The notes beneath the pieces are model-generated. The model was not told where the DNA came from and made no database searches. It worked only from the letters and a program-made list of their open reading frames with translations. A stretch of DNA of 63,970 nt, counting the filler, from Sanchytrium tribonematis (Eukaryota), in NCBI GenBank assembly GCA_018985235.1. It is 5 parts of 5 records of this genome, joined end to end, with 100 filler letters (N's around TTAATTAATTAA, not from the genome) between each part and the next. Parts side by side here need not be neighbours in the genome. Positions count along the whole stretch, not along the records: positions 13,424 to 26,737 come from JADGIG010000192.1; positions 26,838 to 40,124 come from JADGIG010000194.1; 3 more parts are not named here. One strand, given 5' to 3'. Shown one piece after another: positions 23,590-37,847 of the stretch; position 1 is the stretch's first letter; each line of letters begins with the position of its first letter. The translations under genes were made by a program, and so were the position numbers.

Positions 23590-25380
23590 ATGCATTTAAT
23601 GGACAAATGGTCAACTGCTTTGCAAATTTCAGAAAGAAAACTTGAAGATAGGATAAATATCAGGAGATATACAGGTAAACAGGAAATGATCGACTATATA
23701 AGAAATACTATTGATGCCTTTGCTTACCATGGATTCGATATTATCTCGGATCAATTAGAGGATTATATATATCAAATCACTCGTAGTTCAAGTCACTGCA
23801 AGTTTGAAGTAATATTCTTCTTATGTTTATTGCAACAAGGTGTGGGAAATATCCAGGAAAAGGTTTTTAATACGGTTGTCGATAAGGAATCCTTTTTGAT
23901 TGATTTCGAGTACTCAGACTATTCTTCTCATTCTGAAGATTCAGCTGTAGAAATGGAAAACATTATGTTAGATTCGTCTGTAGAATACAATATTTATCAG
24001 ATTAACAATGAATTAAAGTATAGAAATTCAAAACAAATTGTCCAAACATTTCAAAGTTATGCGTTTTGGAAAAGCGAAACATGTAACGAGTTCAACTATA
24101 TAAAACATGTGTTATTTTGCTTGATAACCAATACTGACATTGGTGGTATCAATTTTTCAAATTCTAAAATTGTAACTTTATTTTTTCAAGATATAATTGA
24201 TTATTCAAAAAATCTCGAAGAAATGATCGAAAAGCCAAGTCCGTTTCTTTTTATGAGGAATATTTTAAAAAAAATTGACAATGAAATTCAAAAGATGAAA
24301 ATTTTAGCAGTAGAATGTTTCCATAAATGCTCTGAATATTGGAAATGTGATGGGAAATTAATGGACTTGCCGTTTAACTCAGTAATAGAGATCAGATTTA
24401 AATTCAATCACTTTCATTACATTTTTAAAAAGTTGCAATTTTTGACTGCAAATCCCTTTTCAGTTCCATTCAAATTGTACCAGATTCGAAGAGAATCCCA
24501 ACTTTTTCAAGACTTGTATGATGTAGCGACTTTGTCAAACTCGAATTTTGCTATTGATTTTGCTTTCCACTCTAAAGATCTGACTAAATTAGGGAATTTG
24601 AGAAATTTGAGAAATTTTGATATTATAGAAAGCTTGCATCAACAGCAAAACGTTTTAAGGGAAATCGGAGAAATACGCCTTAAGTCATGTCTCCACACAT
24701 CAATGTCCCTCCGAGCTCAATTTGAAGCTATAAATAGTGAAATCGGCGCCTTTATTAGTAAGAAAAAGGAAAGCGAAAGAGTTACTAAATTGTTAGAGGA
24801 AAACTCCATACGGCAATCATCGTACTCAAATGAAATTGAGCACCTCATAATTGTTTTAACTCATCACTATATTTGGACCATATTTAAAAAATCAGTCAGG
24901 AATCAAAAATATTTACTCGAGAGTACAAGTTACGGAACTGTATCTCCCTCCATTAATCTTGATAGAATTGAATATTATTTTATTGATAATACTTACAAGG
25001 TTCCATTGATTTTAATTGGGACCGAAGATGCCAAATTGAGAGTTGACACAAAAGACTGTAAGCTCTCGTCAGAAAATATCTGGTTAAGCAATATTTTAGA
25101 AACTAAAATATGTATTCAGTTGGTTATTCTTCTGAAAAGAGTAATATATTATTCTAACATACCCGTAAAGAAATATTATTGCGCTTTTTTATCTCAACTA
25201 TTATTTGATTTTAAGGAAGTTTTGCAATTACAATTAAGTTTTCTAGATGCCAAGCCTGTTGATAATATCAGGAAAATAGTAGAAGATATTTTCGATAAAT
25301 CAGCCTCTCCAAGCGACGTTCAGCGGATATATACCAAATTCGAACAAATCTGTAACTTGAAATTCTCTTGTACTCTTTAA
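23590..25380 (+). CDS. Hypothetical protein (possibly a divergent gamma-tubulin complex component)
   Basis: 596-aa ORF; family assignment is weak. Confidence 0.65.
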   Translation: MHLMDKWSTALQISERKLEDRINIRRYTGKQEMIDYIRNTIDAFAYHGFDIISDQLEDYIYQITRSSSHCKFEVIFFLCLLQQGVGNIQEKVFNTVVDKESFLIDFEYSDYSSHSEDSAVEMENIMLDSSVEYNIYQINNELKYRNSKQIVQTFQSYAFWKSETCNEFNYIKHVLFCLITNTDIGGINFSNSKIVTLFFQDIIDYSKNLEEMIEKPSPFLFMRNILKKIDNEIQKMKILAVECFHKCSEYWKCDGKLMDLPFNSVIEIRFKFNHFHYIFKKLQFLTANPFSVPFKLYQIRRESQLFQDLYDVATLSNSNFAIDFAFHSKDLTKLGNLRNLRNFDIIESLHQQQNVLREIGEIRLKSCLHTSMSLRAQFEAINSEIGAFISKKKESERVTKLLEENSIRQSSYSNEIEHLIIVLTHHYIWTIFKKSVRNQKYLLESTSYGTVSPSINLDRIEYYFIDNTYKVPLILIGTEDAKLRVDTKDCKLSSENIWLSNILETKICIQLVILLKRVIYYSNIPVKKYYCAFLSQLLFDFKEVLQLQLSFLDAKPVDNIRKIVEDIFDKSASPSDVQRIYTKFEQICNLKFSCTL

Positions 25381-25408
25381 ATGATTTAAAAGTTCCCCTT
25401 AAGTTGAC

Positions 25409-26737
25409 ATGTCGCAACAAACTCTAATGTCTCAACCGCAATCCGATTCCGATGAAGATAAAACTAATCTATTGAGAGCTAAGACCCGTTTAGAGCGAAA
25501 AGCAACCAAAAGCTCGAAGAATGAAGAATTTGTTTGGGAGGATGATGAAACTTATCAACATTCAAAATATTCGAAATTAATTCCTTTGTTTTCATTACTT
25601 GTTATTCCTCTTTTCCTTATTCCTTACTTTGTAGGTGTTTCTGTTGGAGACCTTAGTTCATTAGACAACTCAAAAAATCCACAACTTAATATTAATGACA
25701 AATCTGTTGGAAGTCTAGATTCTAATGGAATTGTGTTGTCGCAAGAGTTGATGAGATGGGGTATATTTTTGACTTGTGCTTATTCAAGTTTTTTAGCTAG
25801 TTGGATAGCCCTTCATTTTGTTCCATTTTTATTCTTTCGATTTTTCATTTCTTTCACCAAAAAAAACAGTGAAAAGTTCAAGGATGCATTTGAGTACTTA
25901 AGGGTTCTTCGTCGCTACGCCATATTGGTCCTAGTCAATGTTGCATCAAATATTGTATATGAAGTGCTTTGGAATCCATACAATAGAAGTCCAGATGACA
26001 GGCAATCTCCTAATTACATTGTCATTATTTCTTATCTCATTCGTATTTCGCTCTTTTTTGCTATATTTCGACTTGTAGAAAAAATATTAATGATGCTCTT
26101 ATTTATACATTTAAAAAATCAAACTTTTAAGGATAGAATTGACCAGTCCAAAAAAGCTTTGGCTACAGTTGAGCATTTGGAGGTTCAACTAGGAAAGGCC
26201 CATGAATGGAAAGAAAGTTCTAACAGACTAGTGAATGAAGGAAGTAAACTATTTTCGTGGATCAAGAATGGGAAATTGGGAGAAATGGATATTTCATCCG
26301 ATATTAACGCTAAGAGGTTGGCTAAAAAACTTTTTGCCAGTCTCTCGAAAGACAAACACGTTATTTTACCGAGTGACTTCTATCCCTTTTTTTCCGATGC
26401 GAATGAAGCTATGGAGGCTTTTTATCTTTTTGATAAAGACAGAAATGGTGACATCAGCAAAAACGAAATGAAAATTGCGGTAACATCTATTTATCAGGAA
26501 AGACGCCATATTTTGAGTTCTTTTAAAGATTTAAATGATGTTGTCAAAAAATTGGATCGAATTCTTTTTACAATAGTTTGCATTATTACAATTGTTTACG
26601 GATTCACTGTGTTTGGAAATAACATTCTTGCAGCTGCAGTCCCTTTGCTAAGTGGATCATTGGCTCTAAGCTTCATGTTTGCGGAAACCGCAAAAGAGTT
26701 TTTTAATTCTTTATTATTTTTATTTGGAACTCATCCT
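25409..26737 (+). CDS. Fungal MscS-like mechanosensitive channel (Msy1/Msy2 type), 3'-truncated
   Basis: Multiple TMs, AKRLAKKLF, EF-hand DKDRNGDIS, FLFGTHP at the start of the MscS domain. Confidence 0.9.
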
Positions 26738-26837
26738 NNNNNNNNNNNNNNNNNNNNNNNNNNNNNNNNNNNNNNNNNNNNTTAATTAATTAANNNNNNN
26801 NNNNNNNNNNNNNNNNNNNNNNNNNNNNNNNNNNNNN
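26738..26837. other. Artificial contig linker
   Basis: N44-TTAATTAATTAA-N44. Confidence 0.98.
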
Positions 26838-27119
26838 AAGGCAAGCAAATACACTTGTCCTAAATGCAAGGCACGATATTGCTCCTTAGATTGCTTCAAA
26901 AAGCACAAATCGATCAGCCATCTCGAAAATGCCGAGTTAAAAAATGAAATTGATGACGAGTTGTTAAAACAATTAGCAAGCAGAGGGACACGCTTTCAGT
27001 CGATTTGTAAAAATATTATGGAATCAGAGGATCCTCTCATAGCTGTCTACAGAGAAGCGAAAAAGAATGAAGATTTTGCAAATTATGTTAAAGAATTAAC
27101 CACAGCATTTGAAAAATAA
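26838..27119 (+). CDS. HIT zinc-finger protein (Hit1/ZNHIT3-like), 5'-truncated
   Basis: Manual translation: KYTCPKCKARYCSLDCFKKH...EDFANYVKELTTAFEK*. Confidence 0.85.
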   Translation, partial: KASKYTCPKCKARYCSLDCFKKHKSISHLENAELKNEIDDELLKQLASRGTRFQSICKNIMESEDPLIAVYREAKKNEDFANYVKELTTAFEK

Positions 27120-27145
27120 ATATAATTAATAAATTGGTGCTTCGG

Positions 27146-27953
27146 CTATAATTCAATAGCCCATATCTCTATATTGGTACAGATAAATTCGGTATTGTTT
27201 CCTTCTATTATGGATTTTTCACCATGACTTAGACTATGTAAATATAAAATACGGCATATTGTCAAAAGTTTCGCTCTTTGATGTCATACAATCTGAAAAT
27301 GTATCATTAAAACAGAGTCCAAAGCCTCCGCCACTTCCAAATGCTAAAAGATTCGACTGACTTAAAATGTAATAATCATTTTTACCTGTGGCTTTATAAA
27401 TAATTGGATTCTCATTATCGTCTATTGAAAACAAAAAACATTCACCAGTTCCGTAGCAATGCTTTTGAATTTTAAGCGGGCTGGTAAAAAAGGCACCAAA
27501 CTTTTCATCCGAGCTATCCTTACATATCAAAACAAATCCATGCCTCATTTTATCTTCTTCATATTTGTCCATGGATCTATATAATGTTTGCAAAGAAGAA
27601 CCATGCTGATCAAGAGAATACAAAAGTTCCCAGCTGCTACTTATTTCAAAGTACGTTGGCAAATAATTTCGAAGTGATTCCGCGATTAATAGATTTAAAA
27701 CCTTGCGGGTCTTTTCAAGCCTATTTTTAAGGGTGATGGTGGGCAGCCTATCCATCATACTTTCATCGAAAGACATGTGCCTGGATGGAGATTTGGACCT
27801 TGGTATGATTAGATTATTGTCAGCCACAGGTGAAGGTGCTGCAGTTAAAGAACCGCTAATCCAGTTCACGAGGTATGATGTATAGCTGCCAAATGTTGAA
27901 TCTTCTGGTTGCTCTTCATTTTCCACCACGATTGGAAGATCATCGGAGGACAT
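27146..27953 (-). CDS. OXR1: TLDc-domain protein, Oxr1-like (2 exons)
   Basis: WELLYSLDQHGSSLQTLY and YGTGECFLF; the spliced end is FDNMPLS...FICTNIEIW. Confidence 0.9.
27234..27252 (-). other. 19-nt spliceosomal intron
   Basis: GTATTTTATATTTACATAG; removal restores the TLDc C-terminus. Confidence 0.9.
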
Positions 27954-27998
27954 ATTGTTTGAAAATATTAAGGAAGAATTTTAGTTCGAAATGATTTA

Positions 27999-31204
<3,206 letters not shown>

Positions 31205-31374
31205 TTTACAGCAATTTGTTTTCAAGAACTCACTTGGTTTCAGATAAATAAGTGTTTTTAATTTCTTGTTCTCATTCCCGTTAGCCTAATTATGGTATAA
31301 ATATGCCTAGATGAGCCAAATTTTCGGTCTAGAAGATATGTGGATAATCAGGGGTAAAACGACATTGTAATTTC

Positions 31375-32301
31375 ATGACAACCAAACAAATTGGCATTTA
31401 CTCTAATTGTCAGAAACTTGGAGAAGGAACGTACGCTGTTGTCTATAGAGCAATGCACCCAGTTACTAAAGAATATGTAGCTCTGAAGTATATGCGAACA
31501 TCCAAGCCGGAGGAGGGAATGGATTTGAGCACATTACGCGAATTAAAATACCTAAAATACCTAAAGCACGAAAATATTATAAATTTAATTGATGCTTTTC
31601 AAATAGAGAGGAACATAGTTATGGTTCTCGAGATAGCTGCTGGTGATTTAGAAGAATTGATTAAAGACAAATCCATTATTCTCAGCATTGCAGATGCTAA
31701 ATCAATAATGATGATGGCTTTAAGAGGAGTAGCGTATTGTCATATGAATCACATTCTACATAGAGACATTAAGCCAGCTAATTTTTTAATAACAAATGAT
31801 GGAATTATCAAACTTGCTGATTTTGGGCTGGCAAGAGATTTTAATCAAGATTATTCGATGGTGCGACCACTCTCTGCAACAGTGATTACCAGTTGGTATC
31901 GTCCTCCAGAACTGTTTTTGGAAGCTAGGTTTTATGGTGACAAAGCTGATGTCTGGTCAATGGCTTGTATTTTGGGAGAGCTATTAAGAAGAGATCCTTT
32001 ATTCAAAGGAAGTAACGATTTGGAAGTGCTGAGTCAAATTTGGCAATGGCTTGGTACACCGTCTGTTGAGACTTGGAATTTTAAAGAACTTCCAAAACCT
32101 TTAAATCTGAAAGAATCTCCTGGTGTGGATCTGAAAGCATTGTTTCCGTCTAGCCCTAATGACTGTCTTGATCTTATGCGTAGAATGTTTGAATTCAATC
32201 CTAATAATCGTTTATCTGCTACTGATTGCTTAAAGCATTCATTTTTTGTCAATCAACCGCGCCCTACTAAATTTTCGGAGCTCCCCAAAATAAATAGGTA
32301 A
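31375..32301 (+). CDS. KIN28: CDK7/Kin28 TFIIH kinase
   Basis: LGEGTYAVVY, EGMDLSTLRELKYL, VITSWYRPPEL, C-terminal PRPT..ELP. Confidence 0.85.
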   Translation: MTTKQIGIYSNCQKLGEGTYAVVYRAMHPVTKEYVALKYMRTSKPEEGMDLSTLRELKYLKYLKHENIINLIDAFQIERNIVMVLEIAAGDLEELIKDKSIILSIADAKSIMMMALRGVAYCHMNHILHRDIKPANFLITNDGIIKLADFGLARDFNQDYSMVRPLSATVITSWYRPPELFLEARFYGDKADVWSMACILGELLRRDPLFKGSNDLEVLSQIWQWLGTPSVETWNFKELPKPLNLKESPGVDLKALFPSSPNDCLDLMRRMFEFNPNNRLSATDCLKHSFFVNQPRPTKFSELPKINR

Positions 32302-32326
32302 TCTTTTTTTTGAGATTACTCCTTTC

Positions 32327-33508
32327 ATGGCTTTGCAGCATACGATAATCGGGCTGGAAAACGAATTTGCCAAGCATAGTCTTATGATTAGGATACCAGA
32401 AATTATTACAAATGTTATAAACGAACTCTACTTACAACAAAGATCAAATGAAATAGCTTTATTAGGTAAGTTGAAGTATGAGCTAATCAGAAACAGAACT
32501 ATGGATCTATTCGATGATGATATAGAGGGTGTAGAAGAATGGAACAAAATCATTATTAACGCAAAGAATGAAAATGCTTTTTCACTTTCGTATTTTGAAG
32601 CGCCTTGGTTATTTTCTGAGTGTTATATATACAGAAAAATTGAATCAATAGTTCATAAAATTAATTTTGATGTTTTTGAAAAAGAAAAACATAAAGCATT
32701 GGATCAAACGCTTCAAAAATTTCAATTCAAGCAAATATTACCTCTAAAAAAGGACCAACTCAAGCAAATGCTTTTGAATTCTTTATGGGGAAACCAAATG
32801 GATTTATCTTTACACGTTTCCTTTAAAAATGTACAAGTTTATGATGAAAACTTAAAGTATCTTATTTTGGATGATTTTGAAATATTTCATGAGTATATTC
32901 AAAACATTAGCTCGGGTGTTATTCATATCATTCTAGACAATTGCGCTTCTGAATTTCTCAATGATTTACTCTTGGCGGATTTCATGATCGAACACTTGTA
33001 TGCGTCCACCGTACACTTTCACTGTAAGCCATTTCCATGGTTTGTTAGCGATGTAACACTCAAGGATGTGGAATATACATTTGAAGAACTTTTTGCTAAC
33101 AAAAATTTCGTTCACTTGGCCACAAAATGGAAAAGGTGGAGGGAAGAAGAGGTTTTTATTTTTAAATCCAATTATTTTTGGAATATGCCATTTATCTATA
33201 ATGAGATGGAATTTCGAAATCCTGAGCTGTTTGAAGAACTAGCAGCCGCGGATCTGTGTATATTTAAGGGTGACCTAAACTATCGTAAGCTGTGTGGCGA
33301 TAGAATAAGCGAAAAAGCGTTAAATGATTTTAAAAATATAAGATGTTTAGCAATTAGAACTTGCAAATCCGATGCCATAGTAGGCGTTTCAGAAAACAAG
33401 AAAACAGAGTTAGATCAGGATGATCCCAAATGGAGAGTTAATGGCAAATATGGAATTATACAGTACTTTCACAACAAGAACGGCACAAAACGCGAAATAC
33501 CTGAATAA
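32327..33508 (+). CDS. ARMT1/DUF89 damage-control phosphatase
   Basis: APWLFSECYIYR, LWGNQMDLS, ILDN, PWFVSD, FKGDLNYRKL, RTCKSD. Confidence 0.93.
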   Translation: MALQHTIIGLENEFAKHSLMIRIPEIITNVINELYLQQRSNEIALLGKLKYELIRNRTMDLFDDDIEGVEEWNKIIINAKNENAFSLSYFEAPWLFSECYIYRKIESIVHKINFDVFEKEKHKALDQTLQKFQFKQILPLKKDQLKQMLLNSLWGNQMDLSLHVSFKNVQVYDENLKYLILDDFEIFHEYIQNISSGVIHIILDNCASEFLNDLLLADFMIEHLYASTVHFHCKPFPWFVSDVTLKDVEYTFEELFANKNFVHLATKWKRWREEEVFIFKSNYFWNMPFIYNEMEFRNPELFEELAAADLCIFKGDLNYRKLCGDRISEKALNDFKNIRCLAIRTCKSDAIVGVSENKKTELDQDDPKWRVNGKYGIIQYFHNKNGTKREIPE

Positions 33509-33510
33509 AT

Positions 33511-34368
33511 TTATTTTTTGTCAATTGATGCTTGGAATCCGTTTCCTTTCTCGAATCCATTCTTATATTGATAAAAATCATCAATTGCTTGCTCGATTTC
33601 TGCGGAGCTGTTCATGACAAAAGGACCTCTTTGAGCAATAGGCTCGTTGATAGGGACCCCGGCTACCAAAACCAGACGACTTTTTGCGGATGAAATTGAT
33701 ATAGTTCCAATATCAGAGTTCTGTTCTGTTGCGTTCAAAACTAGAGTATGATGAGGTTTGTAAACCTTGTCATCAATTGTGCAGTCTCCTTCAAGAATAT
33801 ATAAAAATCCATCGAAATCATTTCTAACAGGCAAATCTACTTTGCCTTCCAAAACGACGTCCAAAAACACCATAGGAGTGTAGGTGAAAACTACGGCAGA
33901 CACGTCACCAGCTTCACCTGCAATTACTTTGATTTTGGCATCTCCAATAACCGTTTGAGGAATGTTACTTGCCACTTGATCTTGGTATCTTGGTTCTACC
34001 AATTTTTTGTCTTTAGGCAAATTAATCCATAATTGCAATCCATGTGCATCGTCAGTAAGTGGCTGTTCTGAATGCAAAATTCCTCTTCCGGCTGTCATAT
34101 ATTGAAAATCACCTGGATGAATCTTGCCCTTATTTCCAAGAAAATCTTCATGTTGAAATGAACCAGATAGCATATATGTAAGGGTTTCAAATCCACGATG
34201 TGGGTGCGTTGGAAATCCAGCAGGTTTTTTGACATGGAATTCATCTAACATAAGAAATGGATCGCATCTTGAAAAACCAGCGCTTCCAACACTCCGAATG
34301 ACCTTAGCGCCGACACCTTCAGCTTGCCACTTGCCTTCAATAACCTTTGCAATCTTTCTCACTGTCAT
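33511..34368 (-). CDS. Pirin family protein
   Basis: DPFLMLD, GFPTHPHRGFET, MTAGRGILHSE, GPFVMN. Confidence 0.96.
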   Translation of the reverse strand: MTVRKIAKVIEGKWQAEGVGAKVIRSVGSAGFSRCDPFLMLDEFHVKKPAGFPTHPHRGFETLTYMLSGSFQHEDFLGNKGKIHPGDFQYMTAGRGILHSEQPLTDDAHGLQLWINLPKDKKLVEPRYQDQVASNIPQTVIGDAKIKVIAGEAGDVSAVVFTYTPMVFLDVVLEGKVDLPVRNDFDGFLYILEGDCTIDDKVYKPHHTLVLNATEQNSDIGTISISSAKSRLVLVAGVPINEPIAQRGPFVMNSSAEIEQAIDDFYQYKNGFEKGNGFQASIDKK

Positions 34369-34563
34369 TTTGTTTTAAGGGAGACTACTGTAATTTATAT
34401 CTGCTTGATCCTTTAAATAGCACTTGTAGATTGATCCAGAACTAGCTTGATGGATCCATCCAAAGAAAAGAAAGTTAGAATGATCCAGATCCAATCATGA
34501 TGTATGAGTATTTGTCATTTTTTAAGTTTTGCATTGAACGGAGATACATTTGTCAAACCTTGA

Positions 34564-35988
34564 ATGAATGTAATTGTACTTCTAGAATGTCCTAGTTGGC
34601 TCGACATACACAAAATACCCGAAGATTTATTTATCTTGATTCTTGGTGAAAAATCTTACACTCTCGAAAATTTCAAGGAAATTAAGTTAAAATCATTTGA
34701 TGTGCTGGAAATCATTTATAATATAGTCAAGATTATGCAAGACAATTCAAATAAAGGTAAATATAGCATTTACTTAAATATACCAGAGAATTACCAACAA
34801 TTATTAAAGAAGGACGTAGACATCGAATTCTATCAGACTTTGTCGGATTTTTTCTCAGATTATTTAAGGCGGTTACATCCAAGCGACAAAGATTTGTTAG
34901 ATCTAATATCTGATTTAATTATATGCAATTCAATTAATTTGATTGAAAACAATCTTAATAATGTGATGAAATCAACTATTGATAAGAATTTGATTTTGAT
35001 GTGTGTAGATTACAAAAGATCGATCAAAAATTTAAATTCGATCACCTTCTACTTACAAGAGCCACAATTATCCACTCAGTGTATTTTATCTCCAGTTAAG
35101 TGCACATATTTGTCAATTTTAAAAAAATTGTCCAAGCATTTCGTTTCGAAAAAATTGGAATTTGATGTTTTTGAACAATATGAGATTCAAGGCGTTATAA
35201 AAGTAATCAAATTCAAAACTGTTATCAAATTTGACTGCTTGACAGTTCAAACCGCCGACTTTCTTTTGCTAAAACATTCATTGGAATCAGGCTCAAAAAC
35301 AATGTTAGATTTGATTGCCCAATTAATGATTCAAAGATCCCCTCTATTTGATTTTCAAAATGAGTCTGAGAGATGCTACTGGATCAACATTATATCCCCT
35401 TTTGATGATTTTTTTCTAGTACAAGAAAAGGATTTGAAATCAGTATATATTTGTGATCGCACCAAATTATTTTTTGAAGGCAAAAGATTTATTCTCGATG
35501 ACGCTTGCAAATCAGGAATCACAGCGCCAATTGTTCCTAATTTTATTCCGGAAGTTAAACTTTACAATCGAAATTATCGGGGCTTGAGAGATGGCAATTC
35601 TTTTGATTTCACTAATGGTGACAACTATAAATTCTTTGAGTTTTTTCCAAATAACCCGGAAAAGTATCTTAATAATGCGATTTTGTTTTCCCAAAATCTG
35701 AAGACCGACAAGTTGAATGTATCAATAATTCGAAATAATACTGAAATTTTTGTCAAATTTCAATTTTTTTCCAAATATGATGCTTTGCGGTATATAGTAG
35801 CATTAGAAAAACCGGAAATTATTTATGACCACAATATAATTGAATCCTTTGAACCCTGGAGACGAGAAACTGGATCCCAAAATTACCCTAATACTTTTTA
35901 TCGAATGGGAGAAACGCAGCAAAGAGTGTCTTACAAATTAGAAACTATATTCAACTTACATCGGCCAATGGATGCAGAAAATGCTTAG
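34564..35988 (+). CDS. Hypothetical protein
   Basis: 474-aa ORF filling the intergenic space; no motif recognised. Confidence 0.7.
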   Translation: MNVIVLLECPSWLDIHKIPEDLFILILGEKSYTLENFKEIKLKSFDVLEIIYNIVKIMQDNSNKGKYSIYLNIPENYQQLLKKDVDIEFYQTLSDFFSDYLRRLHPSDKDLLDLISDLIICNSINLIENNLNNVMKSTIDKNLILMCVDYKRSIKNLNSITFYLQEPQLSTQCILSPVKCTYLSILKKLSKHFVSKKLEFDVFEQYEIQGVIKVIKFKTVIKFDCLTVQTADFLLLKHSLESGSKTMLDLIAQLMIQRSPLFDFQNESERCYWINIISPFDDFFLVQEKDLKSVYICDRTKLFFEGKRFILDDACKSGITAPIVPNFIPEVKLYNRNYRGLRDGNSFDFTNGDNYKFFEFFPNNPEKYLNNAILFSQNLKTDKLNVSIIRNNTEIFVKFQFFSKYDALRYIVALEKPEIIYDHNIIESFEPWRRETGSQNYPNTFYRMGETQQRVSYKLETIFNLHRPMDAENA

Positions 35989-35993
35989 TAAAT

Positions 35994-37004
35994 TTATTGT
36001 GAATGACTGCCGAAGACACCATTGGTCCAATATAGGTCAGAATATTTTCTGTCATTATCAGGTAATTGACTAATATCCACAGTTTTCGTATGCATAGTCA
36101 AGCTTGGTTCTGGCCAATATCGTCTAGGTATTACTAAGGACTTCGCAGCTGGATAATCTCGGATAACCATATCCAACCCAAAAAGTACGTCTCTTGGCGT
36201 TAACTGATAAACCCGGCCACTTCCTTTTTCTTTTTTCTTCTCTTCCCCTTCAGTCATCCAGCTCATTTGACGAGCTCCAGCAGCCGCCAATGCAGTTTTA
36301 TCAGTTAGTTTCTTTTTGTATTCTTCTGGTAAATTAGCATAGTCTTTCTTGGTCATGGTTCCGTCAAGATTTGGTCTCTTTTCTTTTTTCTTTGAACTTA
36401 TGTCGGGCATTACATTTTTGGCTGTCTCTTTATCAATTCTTGCCAATACCGCTAATTGCTTTTTATAATTAACACCAGGAACAACTTGATAATCCCAAGT
36501 GTCGGGATTATGATAGTTTTTGTTCGGAAGTTTAGGTCGTTGCTTACTATTATCTTGCACATATTCCTCTAGCTTTCTTTGATAAATATATTGTATAGTC
36601 AAGGATTGATTGGAACGATGTTGCGCAGCCTTAACACTTGGATCTAATACACACGCCAAAAACTCATGCGTCGCAGCTTGGATGTATTGCGCTATCTGAG
36701 AAGCCTGTATAAGAGTCAATTGATGTTTCTTGGCGATTTGCTCTACAACTTTTCTGATTAGATTGATATTTCCAAACCATCCAGCTTCTTTTGGATACAC
36801 TTGAGCAAATTCTCGGTCTAAAGAATCATCCACTACTAGTTCATCATCCAATTTTTGCCGTTTTGCGCGAAGATGATATCTTTTTTCGTATAAATTGCTC
36901 TCCTCCTTACTAATATCAACAAATGCAGCGGCGTCCTGTAGTTGCCTAGTATCTACATTTCCTTCAACTTGCTCTAAATCAGAACTATTAGCAGAATCAG
37001 ACAT
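35994..37004 (-). CDS. TAF4: TFIID subunit TAF4-like
   Basis: Histone-fold segment ending AAQHR, TDKTALAAAG..SWM, LTPRDVLF. Confidence 0.75.
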   Translation of the reverse strand: MSDSANSSDLEQVEGNVDTRQLQDAAAFVDISKEESNLYEKRYHLRAKRQKLDDELVVDDSLDREFAQVYPKEAGWFGNINLIRKVVEQIAKKHQLTLIQASQIAQYIQAATHEFLACVLDPSVKAAQHRSNQSLTIQYIYQRKLEEYVQDNSKQRPKLPNKNYHNPDTWDYQVVPGVNYKKQLAVLARIDKETAKNVMPDISSKKKEKRPNLDGTMTKKDYANLPEEYKKKLTDKTALAAAGARQMSWMTEGEEKKKEKGSGRVYQLTPRDVLFGLDMVIRDYPAAKSLVIPRRYWPEPSLTMHTKTVDISQLPDNDRKYSDLYWTNGVFGSHSQ

Positions 37005-37018
37005 TAACCCGTTGTTTG

Positions 37019-37839
37019 ATGTTGATTTTTAACTTATTGTGCTTTTCTAAAACTAGCGAGACTATCCTGCATGCGTTTTTAAAAGAGGGTCTTTTGCTTA
37101 AAAATATCAGTTCTGAATTTGATAAATTGTCTCCCAGTAAGGATTTGCTAAATAAGTCACCTCAATCCGTAGCAAATAATTATCTAAAAATTTTTAATGC
37201 AAGAATGAAGTCATTTCCGGACCACGTCAAAAAGGATTTAGAAAAGCTGGAAAATGGAGAGGCAGTCGAAAGTGATAATAGATACATTTCTAAGGAATTT
37301 GCAAGTTTGTTAGTCAATGTTTTTAAATGTGTTAATGGACAAAAATGTAAATTATAATTGATATAGCGAGCAAGGAAACCAGTTGCCACGCGAAAACATT
37401 TAAAGGATTTGTTCGTGTATCTCAGCTGCTTTGGTTCGTGAGTAAACCACAGCAAAAGTTAAAAGAGTTACTTCATTTAGCTCTTGTTTTCTCAATGAGA
37501 AGATACATATCTGGTTTGATAAAAATAATCAACACAATGAGTGGCGCTAACCAACCGACATCCCAGGAATTAAAAGAAGTAAAGCACGTTCCGTGGGATG
37601 AAGTTTTCCTTTTTAAAAAGAATTTACCATGCTCAGATTGTCAAGATGAAATTATCTATTACTCTGGAAATGCAATGTTTGAGAGCATTGACAATATTTT
37701 GCAAGTGTTATGGAATTACAAGATCAGTCATCCTACCCAATTCAGCTTGATACCAACTTTGGGTGGAGACCAAATAGAGAAATTAGTAGGACGTATGATT
37801 TCTGAGAAACCGACTCGATCCGGCGAGGACGAATTGTAA
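37019..37839 (+). CDS. Hypothetical protein (2 exons)
   Basis: ORFs 37016-37357 and 37438-37839 fuse in frame after removing 37347-37366. Confidence 0.65.
37347..37366 (+). other. 20-nt spliceosomal intron
   Basis: GTAAATTATAATTGATATAG; restores a continuous frame and matches the intron consensus. Confidence 0.75.
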
Positions 37840-37847
37840 GTAAACTT

